From an uncultured Syntrophaceae bacterium (GTDB taxonomy: Bacteria; Desulfobacterota; Syntrophia; Syntrophales; UBA2210): a stretch of 37,021 bases of DNA. Shown in pieces: positions 1 through 7,749 of this stretch (positions are counted from its first letter, which is position 1; each line of letters begins with the position of its first letter). The stretch is from NCBI GenBank assembly GCA_964487805.1, contig CAZAST010000002.1, positions 1 to 37,021 of the forward strand. Direction: 5' to 3'. Below the pieces are notes generated by a model. That model was given only the letters and a program-made list of their open reading frames with translations, was not told where the DNA came from and did no database searches. The position numbers and the translations under genes are program-made.

Positions 1-421
1 GGGGATCGATGGAGGGATTGGTGACCTGGCAGGCGTCGAACATGATATGATCGAAGTACCGCTTCTGAGGCCCTGTCGCGCCGTTCCCCACGAGGAGGAC
101 GCCCCCCCCCGCCCCCGCTTGCCGCCATATGTTGCTTGCGTATTCGGGCGTCCAGTACCCATGGGATGTATGCATGGGCTGGTGTTCGATATGGATCGCA
201 TTGTGGGGGCACGTCTTCACGCACCGCTGGCAGGAATTGCACACGGCGAGATTGGCCCGGGGCCGGTAGCACACCTCTCCATTTCGGCCCTTGACAGGCT
301 CCATGGATATCTCACCGAAAGAGCATTCCTTCGCGCAGATGGCGCACCCGTTCAGGTAGTCGCACCGGTCGAGATCGAAAACGGGATGAAAGGGAGGGAT
401 CACCTTCCAGTTGTTTTCCAT
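1..421 (-). CDS. glutamate synthase-related protein, N-terminal part (2x[4Fe-4S] ferredoxin motifs followed by the start of a GltB FMN-type domain); continues beyond the left window edge
   Basis: This ORF is absent from the supplied track because it runs off the window. My own minus-strand translation from the ATG at 421 reads MENNWKVIPPFHPVFDLDRCDYLNGCAICAKECSFGEISMEPVKGRNGEVCYRPRANLAVCNSCQRCVKTCPHNAIHIEHQ...KRYFDHIMFDACQVTNPSIDP. It has two Cys clusters (C-x5-C-x2-C-x3-C and CxxCxxCxxxCP). The frame is open to position 2. The ATG lies 8 nt after the stop of the upstream amidotransferase gene. Confidence 0.7.
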   Translation of the reverse strand, partial: MENNWKVIPPFHPVFDLDRCDYLNGCAICAKECSFGEISMEPVKGRNGEVCYRPRANLAVCNSCQRCVKTCPHNAIHIEHQPMHTSHGYWTPEYASNIWRQAGAGGGVLLVGNGATGPQKRYFDHIMFDACQVTNPSIDP

Positions 422-429
422 GCCGTTCA

Positions 430-1491
430 TCAGGCAGCCCCTTTGTATTCTCCGAGTATATCAATCATGACCGGTTCGCCCCCGCGCGGTGACCATATCC
501 GGTCCACCTCCGGCGCCAGGAGCCGTATGCTGCATTCTTCGGACGATGCGTAGTAGGTATTCCCCGCCTGGGCGCAGACGACGGGACGAAGTTTGTTGCG
601 GTCGTTGAGCACAATCGCGCCGTCCTTGTGGGTCAGGACGATCCCGAAGGGGCCGTTGACGATGGCGGTTCCATAGATCTGCCTGAGATACCGGTCCTTT
701 TCATCCCCGCGCCGGTCGATCTCCTCCCAGAGGGCCGGCGCCATGACGAAGCAGGCATCCTTTTTTGAGAGTCTGTCTCTCCGGGTCAGCTTGTCATATA
801 TGTACGAGATGACCTCCGTATCAGTCTGGAGCAGGCAGCGGTATCCATTCATCTCGAGCCAGCGGACATTGGTTCCGTAGCTGGTAATCTCTCCGTTGTG
901 TACCACCGCCTTGTCGAGAATCGTAAAAGGGTGCGCTCCTCCCCACCACCCCGGCGTGTTGGTGGGGAACCGGTTGTGGGCTACCCACATATACCCCTTG
1001 TAATCTTCGATGCGGAAATAATCCGCGATGTCCTCCGGGTATCCCATCCCTTTGAATACGCCGATGTCCTTTCCGGAAGACACAACGAAGGCATCCGGCA
1101 TGGTGTTGATATGCATGACGGTTTCAACGATAAAATCCTCTTCCGTCTGCTGCGGTGAAAGAAATTCATCGATGGGTTTCAGGAAGTATCGCTTGAAGTA
1201 TGGCCCCCGGGGGATGCGGTCATGGGGGTAAACCGGGATCTGTTCCGACTGATACACATGCGTCCTGCTCTGAAGGTAGTCTTCCACCGCCGAGACAATC
1301 GGACTGTGACCTTTTCCCTCGTACATGATGTGAAAAGCGTACTTATCCCGATTCTCAGGATAGGCGCCATAGACGGCGAAACCGCCTCCCAGGCCGTTTC
1401 CCCGATCCCGCTGTATGCGGATGGCCTCCCGTATATGGCTCCCGTCGATTCGATTTCCATCAGTATTGATGATTCCTACTATCCCGCACAT
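430..1491 (-). CDS. class II (Ntn-type) glutamine amidotransferase, GltB domain-1-like subunit of a split (archaeal-type) glutamate synthase
   Basis: 353 aa ORF that starts MCGIVGI, with the catalytic Cys directly after Met as is typical of Ntn amidotransferases. It is tightly packed with the flanking genes on the same strand. Confidence 0.85.
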   Translation of the reverse strand: MCGIVGIINTDGNRIDGSHIREAIRIQRDRGNGLGGGFAVYGAYPENRDKYAFHIMYEGKGHSPIVSAVEDYLQSRTHVYQSEQIPVYPHDRIPRGPYFKRYFLKPIDEFLSPQQTEEDFIVETVMHINTMPDAFVVSSGKDIGVFKGMGYPEDIADYFRIEDYKGYMWVAHNRFPTNTPGWWGGAHPFTILDKAVVHNGEITSYGTNVRWLEMNGYRCLLQTDTEVISYIYDKLTRRDRLSKKDACFVMAPALWEEIDRRGDEKDRYLRQIYGTAIVNGPFGIVLTHKDGAIVLNDRNKLRPVVCAQAGNTYYASSEECSIRLLAPEVDRIWSPRGGEPVMIDILGEYKGAA

Positions 1492-1511
1492 GTTGCACCT
1501 CTTGGGAACCG

Positions 1512-2252
1512 TTATAGGGTAATCGGAATATCCGATGATTCTTTCTTTTCACCGTCGCTGGCCATCAACCGTTGGCGAAGTTCAACGAGCCACAGGAAGT
1601 TCGCGTAGATCCTGTTTGCCTGCGCCCGGAGCGTATCCCCGATGACGTCGAAGGTCCGCACGCATTCCTCGCACACGGGCATGGTGCCGAGCCAGTCCTG
1701 CAGCATCGCCCGCGTCACCTCGACGTGAAACTGAAGGGCATAGGCATTGCGGTATCGGAAAGCCTGGTTCGGGCACACACCTGCCGTTACGAGGAGTTTT
1801 CCCCCGTACGGAACATCGAATGTGTCCTCGTGCCACTGAAAAACCCGCATTGCGGCGGGGATCCCCTCAAACATGATATCCTTACTTCCCGCATTTGTCA
1901 GGGAAACATTCCGCCACCCGATCTCCCCATGAGCGGCCTTGGTGATGGGGGCGTAGCACGCCTTGGCAATCAGCTGGGCCCCCAGGCAGATCCCGAGGAT
2001 GGGGATATTGGCCTCGATAACCGTTCTCAGGAAGTCGGTTTCTTCCCGCAGGAAGGGGTATTTCCCTTCCTCGTAGACATTCATGGGACCACCCATTAAT
2101 ACGAGGGCGTCGAAACTGTCCATGTTGCTCGGCAGCGGATCCCCCTCATAGAGCCGGACGGTTTGAATCTCCGCCTGTACATCGCGGAGAAAATCCCCCA
2201 GCGTTCCCGGACCCTCAGCTTCCACATGTTGTATAATCAGCACCCGTGTCAT
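1512..2252 (-). CDS. class I glutamine amidotransferase (GuaA-like GATase1 domain protein)
   Basis: 246 aa. The N-terminus MTRVLIIQHVEAEGPG and the nucleophile-elbow motif GICLGAQL are typical of GATase1. The ATG at 2252 lies 7 nt after the glnA stop. Confidence 0.8.
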   Translation of the reverse strand: MTRVLIIQHVEAEGPGTLGDFLRDVQAEIQTVRLYEGDPLPSNMDSFDALVLMGGPMNVYEEGKYPFLREETDFLRTVIEANIPILGICLGAQLIAKACYAPITKAAHGEIGWRNVSLTNAGSKDIMFEGIPAAMRVFQWHEDTFDVPYGGKLLVTAGVCPNQAFRYRNAYALQFHVEVTRAMLQDWLGTMPVCEECVRTFDVIGDTLRAQANRIYANFLWLVELRQRLMASDGEKKESSDIPITL

Positions 2253-2259
2253 GATACGC

Positions 2260-3591
2260 TCACAGAATGGGCAGATACTGCTCTATTTCATACGTGCTCA
2301 CATGAGTCCGATACCGGTCCCATTCGATCTTTTTGTTGGCGATAAACTTCTCGAAGATGTGATCGCCGAGGGCTTCTCTCACCACGTCGCTCTGTTCGGT
2401 GATGGTGACGGCCTCTCCCAGGCTCCCGGGGAGGGAATCTATCCCGTTCGCCTCCCGCTCGACCGGGCTCATCTCGAAGATGTCCTCTTCGATCGGTTCG
2501 GGGAGTGAGTATCCCTCATCCATCCCCTTCAATCCCGCCGCCAGCATGACCGCGAAGGCAAGATAGGGATTGCAGGCGGGATCGGGACAGCGAAATTCCA
2601 TACGGGTGGCATTTGCCTTTCCCGGTTTGTACATGGGAACACGGATCAGGGCAGAACGGTTTCTGCGCGCCCATGAGATGTAGACGGGAGCTTCATATCC
2701 CGGTACCAGGCGCTTGTAAGAGTTGACCCACTGGGCCACGACGGACGACAGCTCTTTCGCATGCCTGAGCAAACCCGCGATGTAGCTTTTACCCGCCTTC
2801 GACAGGTAGTACGAATCCTCCGCGTCGAAGAATGCGTTCCCTCCCTCTCCAAAAAGGGACTGGTGTACGTGCATCCCGCTCCCGTTTTGACCGAACATGG
2901 GTTTCGGCATGAAAGTGGCGTACACGCCGTGCTGCATAGCCATCTCCTTGACCGTCAGGCGGTATGTCATGGCCGCGTCCGCCATGGCGAGGGCGTCCGT
3001 ATAGCGCAGATCGATCTCGTGCTGGCTTGGCGCCACCTCGTGGTGACTGTACTCAACCTGGATTCCCATGGATTCGAGGGCATTGATCGTATCGCGCCGC
3101 AGGTCGCTGGCAACGTCCAGGGGCGTCAGATCGAAATATCCCCCCCGGTCGAGGATCTCCGTCCCCGTGGCGTTCTTGAAATAGAAGAACTCGAGCTCCG
3201 GCCCTACCTGCATGGTGTACCCCCTGTCGGCGGCCTTTTTCAGATTTCGTTTGAGAGCCCATCGGGGATCTCCTTCATAGGGGGTGCCGTCGGGTTTCAG
3301 GATGTCGCAGAACATGCGGGCCACGTTTTCATCCCCGTTCGCTCTCCAGGGGAGGAGGGTAAAGGTTCCCGGATCGGGAAGCGCCACCATATCGCTCTCC
3401 TCGATCCGCGCGAATCCCTCTATGGACGAACCGTCGAAACCCATCCCCTCTTCAAAGGCAAGTTCCAGTTCGCGGGGAGAAATCGAGAAACTTTTGAGAA
3501 ATCCAAGCACATCGGTAAACCAAAGGCGAACAAACCTCACCTTTTTCTCTTTCATCTGCTTCAAAACCGATTCCGTATCTCTTCCAGACAT
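2260..3591 (-). CDS. glnA: glutamine synthetase type I (GSI-alpha-like)
   Basis: The ORF track gives 2260..3612. I prefer the ATG at 3591 (MSGRDTESVLK...) because a GGAA Shine-Dalgarno sits 5 nt upstream, whereas the GAGG before the ATG at 3612 has zero spacing. The product is 443 aa, which fits GSI. The segment that aligns with the E. coli adenylylation loop NLYDLPPEE reads DIFEMSPVE, so Phe replaces the adenylylated Tyr (alignment from memory). Confidence 0.95.
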   Translation of the reverse strand: MSGRDTESVLKQMKEKKVRFVRLWFTDVLGFLKSFSISPRELELAFEEGMGFDGSSIEGFARIEESDMVALPDPGTFTLLPWRANGDENVARMFCDILKPDGTPYEGDPRWALKRNLKKAADRGYTMQVGPELEFFYFKNATGTEILDRGGYFDLTPLDVASDLRRDTINALESMGIQVEYSHHEVAPSQHEIDLRYTDALAMADAAMTYRLTVKEMAMQHGVYATFMPKPMFGQNGSGMHVHQSLFGEGGNAFFDAEDSYYLSKAGKSYIAGLLRHAKELSSVVAQWVNSYKRLVPGYEAPVYISWARRNRSALIRVPMYKPGKANATRMEFRCPDPACNPYLAFAVMLAAGLKGMDEGYSLPEPIEEDIFEMSPVEREANGIDSLPGSLGEAVTITEQSDVVREALGDHIFEKFIANKKIEWDRYRTHVSTYEIEQYLPIL

Positions 3592-3647
3592 GTGTGTTCC
3601 TTTCATCCTCAAAGGATCTTTATACGCTCCATGTGCGTAAACAGATC

Positions 3648-3664
3648 AGCAACATCGGTGCCAG
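3648..3664 (-). promoter_or_regulatory. sigma-54 (-24/-12) promoter of glnA
   Basis: The minus strand reads TGGCAC-CGATG-TTGCT, a perfect TGGCAC-N5-TTGC match (plus strand GCAACATCGGTGCCA at 3649-3663). The predicted start site is near 3638, about 47 nt upstream of the ATG at 3591. Confidence 0.7.
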
Positions 3665-3759
3665 TCTGCAGGGTCATGCCCTTAAAGTACAACCGTTTGA
3701 AATAATGAGTGTTTTATGAAAAAAGTCCGAGGCGGAAAAATGGCGTGTGTCTTGCCAGG

Positions 3760-3775
3760 CTACATATTTGTAGAA
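3760..3775. promoter_or_regulatory. candidate enhancer (UAS) element CTACATATTTGTAGAA with palindromic core TACA-N4-TGTA
   Basis: The 15-mer TACATATTTGTAGAA (3761-3775) recurs identically at 11152-11166. The palindrome centre lies 105 bp from the -24 GG of the glnA sigma-54 promoter, against 104 bp for the glnN copy. Confidence 0.45.
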
Positions 3776-3795
3776 TGAAGTTTTTGAGGCTACTT

Positions 3796-5358
3796 CTATG
3801 TTCGAAACCGTTTGGGGTTGATCTCGTATTTGCTGATACGAAGACCCATAATCCGTTCGGTAATACCCAGGCTTTTAGCCGCTTTGGCCATATTGCCCCG
3901 GGATGTCTTGAGGGCGTCCATGATCAGGTCATATTCCAGGTGATCCAGCTCTTCCTGGAGGGTGCCGCTGAAGGAGGTTCCCGAATATCCCGATGATTGG
4001 AGCGACGGGGGAAGATGGTATCCGTAGATTACACCGTCGGTGCTCAGGAGAGATGCCCGTTCGATACAGTTTTCGAGCTCCCGGACATTTCCCGGCCAGT
4101 GGTAACTCATGAACATGTCCAGGGCATGCGTACAGATGCGCGATATCTTTTTGTTGTTGAGCGTGGCATAGCGCTCGACAAAAAAATCCGCCAGATGGGG
4201 GATGTCGGTTTTTCGCTCGCGCAGCGGGGGGATGTAGATGGGGAAGACGTTCAGGCGGTAATAGAGGTCCTCCCTGAATTTCCCCTCCGCCATCAGTTCT
4301 TCGAGGTTGCGGTTTGTGGCCGCGATGATCCTGACATCCGTCTTGATGGGAGCGTACCCGCCCACTCTCTCAAATTCCCGTTCCTGCAGGACGCGCAGAA
4401 GCCTGACCTGCACGGCGGGTGAAAAATCTCCGACCTCATCGAGAAATATAGTCCCCCCGGAGGCCAGTTCGAAGCGGCCCTTCCGCTGGGAAACAGCACC
4501 GGTAAAAGACCCTTTTTCATGCCCGAAGAGCTCGCTTTCGATGACCGCTTCAGGGAGGGCCGCGCAATTGACCTTGATAAAGGGTTTTTGCGCCCTGAGA
4601 CTGTTGTAATGTATGGCGTTGGCCACCAGTTCTTTCCCCGTTCCGCTCTCCCCCCGGATCAGAACCGTCGCCTGGCTCTTCGATACCTGCGCTATCAGCG
4701 CGTACACCTCCTGCATCCCCTTTGACTTCCCGATAATGTTTGCCGGATGAAACCGTTCCTTGAGTTCATTCTGGAGGCGCAGGTTCTCCTGGATCAGGAG
4801 TTCCCGTTCTTCCTGGGCCTCCTGGCGGAGGCGGACGGCCTGCGCAACCATGGAGGCTATCAGGGTCAGGAGCCGCATGTCCTGCTTGAGCGACGCGGAG
4901 CCATCAAAGGGACGGTCGGCGCTCAGGGTGCCGATCACCTCCCTGCCCAGCTTAATGGGGACGCAGATGAAGGAAATATCCTGTTTGCTCATATTCTTAC
5001 GGGAACCGGTCCGGTTCAGGAAAAGAGGCTCGCTCGAGATATGCGGCACAATGACGGGTTTCCCCGTCTCCACCACCTTCCCCGTAATGCCTTCTCCCAC
5101 CTTGTACTTGCCGCGCCGCTTTTCCGTTTCTGAGAGGCCATGGGCAACCTCTATATAAATCTCCCTGTTCTTCCGGTTCAGCAGCGTCAATGTTCCGTGC
5201 GACATCCCGACACGCTCCGCCAGGGTGTTGAGGACCGGACCGACCACCTCGCGGATATCCATGCTGCGGCCCAGGGCCTGGCTTATTTCCCAGAGAAGGG
5301 AAAGCTCTTCGATCTCCCGGGCTTGAGTAAGTGCATGCGTACTTTGATCTACTTTCAT
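3796..5358 (-). CDS. sigma-54-dependent transcriptional activator with GAF sensor, AAA+ and Fis-type HTH domains (NifA-like architecture)
   Basis: The N-terminal region is GAF-like. The central AAA+ domain has Walker A GESGTGKE and a GSFTGA variant of the GAFTGA loop. The C-terminus carries an HTH ([23 protein letters not shown]). The track start at 5403 lies next to or inside a strong -10 box, so I prefer the ATG at 5358 (MKVDQ...), which is preceded by a GGAAAGAGA Shine-Dalgarno sequence. Confidence 0.9.
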   Translation of the reverse strand: MKVDQSTHALTQAREIEELSLLWEISQALGRSMDIREVVGPVLNTLAERVGMSHGTLTLLNRKNREIYIEVAHGLSETEKRRGKYKVGEGITGKVVETGKPVIVPHISSEPLFLNRTGSRKNMSKQDISFICVPIKLGREVIGTLSADRPFDGSASLKQDMRLLTLIASMVAQAVRLRQEAQEERELLIQENLRLQNELKERFHPANIIGKSKGMQEVYALIAQVSKSQATVLIRGESGTGKELVANAIHYNSLRAQKPFIKVNCAALPEAVIESELFGHEKGSFTGAVSQRKGRFELASGGTIFLDEVGDFSPAVQVRLLRVLQEREFERVGGYAPIKTDVRIIAATNRNLEELMAEGKFREDLYYRLNVFPIYIPPLRERKTDIPHLADFFVERYATLNNKKISRICTHALDMFMSYHWPGNVRELENCIERASLLSTDGVIYGYHLPPSLQSSGYSGTSFSGTLQEELDHLEYDLIMDALKTSRGNMAKAAKSLGITERIMGLRISKYEINPKRFRT

Positions 5359-5403
5359 GGTGTCTCTTTCCCCGCCTGTGGCCCTCTCATTTAAGGTTAC
5401 CAT

Positions 5404-5432
5404 ATTGTAGGATTTGATGGTTCATAAGTCAA
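5404..5432 (-). promoter_or_regulatory. sigma-70-type promoter of the GAF/sigma-54 activator gene
   Basis: The minus strand reads TTGACT (5432-5427), then a 17 nt spacer, then TACAAT (5409-5404). This is close to consensus. Confidence 0.5.
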
Positions 5433-5468
5433 GACAAACCGATCAGGCAAGAAGTATTCCTGATCCGG
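5430..5468 (-). terminator. intrinsic terminator after the PGPGW membrane protein gene
   Basis: Minus-strand hairpin CCGGATCAGG / CCTGATCGG (9 bp with one bulge, 11 nt loop) at 5439-5468, followed by UUUGUCUUG. It begins 24 nt after the stop at 5492. Confidence 0.45.
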
Positions 5469-5491
5469 TGTGCGGGATCGTCAATTGCCGT

Positions 5492-5917
5492 CTACGGAAG
5501 CACGAGTGGTGGCCGGTCCGATCGCGCCCGCATCCAGTTGATGGACCTCAGTACTGTGGGATTCCTGATGATTCGCAAGGCGAGCCTTCGCTTTCCCGGA
5601 AAATCCATCAGAACGATACCCATCAGGATGGTTATTATCCCTTGTCCGGGGATAATAACCATGACCATGCCGGCCATGATCAGCACAAGGCCCGCGATAG
5701 TTTTTATGAGGTGATACACAAAGCGCCCCGATGACGGTGAAGCATGCCATGGAGAGCGATCGGTGGTGGGCAGGAAATAATCTTGGGGAATTCTGGCGAC
5801 AAGGGAGGGAAGCATTACCGCTGTTCCGATAAAAAAAAGAAGAGAAACCGCTGAAATGGACCAGAACATCAGGCGGTGCAGTTGAACCCACTGAAGTACT
5901 ATCGTTGCAAGCTCCAT
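5492..5917 (-). CDS. small integral membrane protein, PGPGW-like
   Basis: Several hydrophobic helices are present, and the segment VIIPGQGIITILMGIVLMDFPGK resembles the PGPGW transmembrane family. The track start at 5944 is a TTG, and the first in-frame ATG is at 5917 (MELATIV). No clear Shine-Dalgarno sequence is visible, so the start is uncertain. Confidence 0.55.
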   Translation of the reverse strand: MELATIVLQWVQLHRLMFWSISAVSLLFFIGTAVMLPSLVARIPQDYFLPTTDRSPWHASPSSGRFVYHLIKTIAGLVLIMAGMVMVIIPGQGIITILMGIVLMDFPGKRRLALRIIRNPTVLRSINWMRARSDRPPLVLP

Positions 5918-6310
5918 GGTATCAGCCACATAGGATAACTGCAAAGACAGAAAAGAATGCCGATCTGCATCCGATTATATGTCAGGCGTTACGTTATGGG
6001 CGCAAATATATGAAGAAACAAACCATGTGTCAAAAAGAATCGGGACGCGTGTCAATACCATATTGATTACGTTTCCTATCATTGGGTTTCAATGGCAACG
6101 GCAACCCGGAGGACAGTAACATTTTATACGGATAACCATATGGAGGCTGTTTTAAAAGTAATCCGTTATAAAAGCCGAACATGTGCCGCGTGGGGTTGAT
6201 GATTTTTCACATGATATGGTAGAAGCCCTTTTCATGGCGGTTGGTGCAACGCTCGCACTTCCATGGGCGGTTTCACGCAAGAGCGCCCGAAATCTTTTTC
6301 TGGAAGGCAC

Positions 6311-7153
6311 ATGATGGTGAAATTAGAGAATGAACAAGTGCGCGATCTGAACGACTGGTTTATCCGCTATGTACAGGGATTTAAAAACGACCCTGCGACA
6401 GTGCGGAATATCGTTCTCAAAGAGGAGCACACAAAGCGGGTATGCCGGGAAATTATTGCGATCGGCACGGATCTCGGGTTAACGAATGATGAGCTCCACT
6501 TCGCTGAAATCATAGCATTGTTCCACGATATCGGCCGCTTCGAACAGTATGCGCGGCACAAAACATTTGTTGACCGTCGATCTGAAGACCACGCCGAACT
6601 CGGCGTTACGGTTCTGAGACGATTTGGTGTGCTGGATCGATGGGGGGAGGCGATACAGGATCTTGTTTTGCGAATTATCAGGTATCACAACCGCGCCGCC
6701 CTTCCCCGGGAGGAAACGGAACCATGCCTGTTTTTTTCGAAACTGCTCCGTGACGCGGACAAACTCGATATCTGGCGAGTTGTCACCGATTATTATCGTC
6801 GGGAAGACGGCGAACGCAACGGAGCCCTTGAACTCGATCTTCCGGATACGCCGGGGTTTTCCGACGCGGTGTATCTGGATTTGATGCGGCGGAAGATCGT
6901 GGACATGAAACATGTCATGACACTGAACGACTTCAAACTGCTGCAGATCGGCTGGATATTTGATGTGAACTTCAGGCCGACGTTGCAGGCCGTCCGTTCG
7001 AGAGGATACCTGGAGATGATCCGCCATGTCCTGCCGAAATCTGAAAAAATAGACGCCCTTTTTTCGGATATTACCGAATATCTTGAGGAACGGCTTACAC
7101 CCTCGAAGAACATACCCGCGGGGAAACAATCACACGTGTCCGGTGATGTTTGA
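6311..7153 (+). CDS. HD/HDIG-domain metal-dependent phosphohydrolase
   Basis: Contains the motifs H...LFHDIGRFEQ...YHNR...DADKLD. The track start is 6263. The ATGs at 6311 and 6314 are preceded by GGAAGG, so I prefer them. Confidence 0.8.
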   Translation: MMVKLENEQVRDLNDWFIRYVQGFKNDPATVRNIVLKEEHTKRVCREIIAIGTDLGLTNDELHFAEIIALFHDIGRFEQYARHKTFVDRRSEDHAELGVTVLRRFGVLDRWGEAIQDLVLRIIRYHNRAALPREETEPCLFFSKLLRDADKLDIWRVVTDYYRREDGERNGALELDLPDTPGFSDAVYLDLMRRKIVDMKHVMTLNDFKLLQIGWIFDVNFRPTLQAVRSRGYLEMIRHVLPKSEKIDALFSDITEYLEERLTPSKNIPAGKQSHVSGDV

Positions 7154-7161
7154 GTGACGTG

Positions 7162-7749
7162 ATGGCGACCGAGATGAAAAGGCAGACAATGGATCAGCTC
7201 AACAGCGAGGTACGATCCTGTGCGCGCTGTCGTCTCGCGGCCAGCAGGAGCCATGCGCTGTGCGGTGAGGGCGCCCTCGATGCCGAATTGCTGTTGGTTG
7301 CCCTTTCCCCCGGCGCAAGGGAAGACGTGGCCGATAGAATGTTTATCGGCCCTTCCGGCCCCGTCCTGGACAGGTTGTTGGGTGCCGCCGGAATCACAAG
7401 AGACCAGATCTATATGACCAACCTGATCAAGTGTATCTTGCCGAAGAACCGCAGACCGAAGCTGGTTGAAATCGAAACCTGTTACCCCTTTGTGAAGCGG
7501 GAGATCGGGGTTGTCCGTCCCTCAGTTGTTGTCCCTCTGGGCTACTACGCGACGCGGACTATCTTAACAGCATATCACGCCAATCCTCCCGCGGTGCGGG
7601 ATGATTTCCGCCCGCTCTACGCCACTCTGATCGTCTCTGACGGGCAGGCGATATTCCCGCTGCCCCACCCGTCCTTCCTCCTGTACAGTCCCCACTTTGA
7701 ATCTGACACGGCCGAACAGTATAAAAAATTGAACGATCTCCTGCCGTGA
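7162..7749 (+). CDS. uracil-DNA glycosylase, family 4 type
   Basis: Contains CARCRL...GEG...LLLVALSPG...GPSG, and HPS near the C-terminus. The track start at 7150 is a TTG that overlaps the HD gene stop. The first ATG is at 7162. Confidence 0.8.
   Translation: MATEMKRQTMDQLNSEVRSCARCRLAASRSHALCGEGALDAELLLVALSPGAREDVADRMFIGPSGPVLDRLLGAAGITRDQIYMTNLIKCILPKNRRPKLVEIETCYPFVKREIGVVRPSVVVPLGYYATRTILTAYHANPPAVRDDFRPLYATLIVSDGQAIFPLPHPSFLLYSPHFESDTAEQYKKLNDLLP

Noticed and set aside
47-553. 168-aa plus-strand ORF at the left edge
   Set aside because: It lies opposite the edge-truncated ferredoxin/GltB-like CDS (1..421, minus strand), which shows clean Fe-S motifs and operon spacing.
2761-3705. 314-aa plus-strand ORF
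   Set aside because: It is entirely antisense to glnA, whose product is unmistakable. The translation is low-complexity and rich in Arg, Gly and Val, which is typical of shadow ORFs opposite real genes.
3664-3800. Canonical NtrC (TGCACC-N5-GGTGCA), NifA (TGT-N10-ACA) or TnrA/GlnR (TGTNA-N7-TNACA) boxes upstream of glnA, and the same upstream of glnN at 11022-11260
   Set aside because: No match with correct spacing was found. The closest TGT...ACA pair has an 11-nt spacer. The shared TACA-N4-TGTA element is therefore reported as a distinct motif.
5359-5403. Track start codon (ATG 5403) for the sigma-54 activator
   Set aside because: The ATG directly abuts a near-consensus TTGACT-N17-TACAAT promoter, so it would lie upstream of the transcription start. 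It also has no Shine-Dalgarno sequence. The ATG at 5358 has a good one.
5398-5409. Possible third, degenerate copy of the enhancer palindrome (TACcatattGTA)
   Set aside because: It matches the 15-mer at only 10 of 15 positions, and the right half coincides with the -10 hexamer TACAAT of the activator promoter. The promoter element explains it more simply. Autoregulation cannot be excluded but is unsupported.
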